Shown here one piece after another: positions 33,360-33,771 of a stretch of 33,771 nt of DNA (within the stretch, counting starts at the first letter, position 1; the number at the start of each line of letters is the position of its first letter). The notes beneath the pieces are model-generated. The model was not told the origin of the DNA, did not search any database, and saw only the letters and a list, made by a program, of their open reading frames with translations. Position numbers and translations under genes: made by a program. The stretch is from the IMG/VR virus record IMGVR_UViG_3300020460_000034, positions 1 through 33,771 of that record; one strand, given 5' to 3'. The stretch comes from a virus. Lineage: Duplodnaviria > Caudoviricetes.

Positions 33360-33493
33360 CAACAACAGTCGCAGGTGCATTGAGCGTCCTCGAGCTGGGC
33401 AATGTGAACTCGCATCAAAGCGATTTCCCATTCCAGCTTGCCACGCTCACTCAAAGAAGCAATAACTTCTTCAATACCTACGTCAGCGCTCAT
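33341..33493 (-). CDS. 50-aa protein with C-terminal Cys cluster
   Basis: Hand-translated MSADVGIEEVIASLSERGKLEWEIALMRVHIAQLEDAQCTCDCCCGTTEE; ATGA overlap with the upstream gene. Confidence 0.65.
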   Translation of the reverse strand: MSADVGIEEVIASLSERGKLEWEIALMRVHIAQLEDAQCTCDCCCGTTEE

Positions 33494-33768
33494 GCTGGAT
33501 CAGATGCCTCAACATCTGGCGCACCTTCAGGAGGTGGAGGTCCTACAAGAGCATTAACCTCAGATTCGCTTAAACCAAGATCAAAAAGCTTTTGGCGACC
33601 AGAAGCAGCATCAGCACGTTTTTGTTGTTCTATTTCACCGTCTTGAACAGTTACTTTTTGTCGCTCATCAAAATCAGCATATTCTTCTTCGGTAAACTCA
33701 CGAATAGTTTGCTCACCAGTTTCGCAATCAAAAATAGCTGCCATCATTGGCGGCTCTCTTAAACTCAT
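33490..33768 (-). CDS. Small protein, probably tail-fibre associated
   Basis: DCETGEQTIREFTEEE and KLFDLGLSESEVNAL, a pattern I associate with genes following phage tail fibres. Confidence 0.55.
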   Translation of the reverse strand: MSLREPPMMAAIFDCETGEQTIREFTEEEYADFDERQKVTVQDGEIEQQKRADAASGRQKLFDLGLSESEVNALVGPPPPEGAPDVEASDPA

Positions 33769-33771
33769 AAT

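Overview
Most of a tailed-phage genome (podovirus-like Caudoviricetes). The host is probably an actinobacterium, inferred from a LexA-type box, leaderless-style promoters and GP88, r1t-like holin and Rpf-like genes. Minus strand 1-10504: packaging and virion genes (small terminase, large terminase split into two ORFs, portal, scaffold, major capsid, tail adaptor, tail nozzle, start of a tail fibre), interrupted by an antisense 2OG-Fe(II) oxygenase. A non-coding switch region at ~10505-11143 holds a divergent motif pair, a 19-bp hairpin and an SOS-like box. Plus strand 11144-24344: early and replication genes (DUF932, GP88-like, C5 methyltransferase, lysozyme-like, HNH, Cas4/RecB-like nuclease, DnaB-like helicase, AEP primase, RusA, sigma-region-4-like protein). 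Minus strand 24316-33768: lysis genes and large internal virion proteins. I saw no integrase, DNA polymerase, RNA polymerase, tRNA or CRISPR array. The most notable unexplained signals are a recurring TGGGACA-N12-TATAG motif before late genes, five TCTAGAA-N3-TTCTAGA hairpins spaced about 1 kb apart in the early region, the split terminase with a flush-fitted antisense oxygenase, and a 50-aa microprotein resembling the redox tail of ribonucleotide reductase. All product calls come from reading motifs and synteny by eye; no database searches were run.
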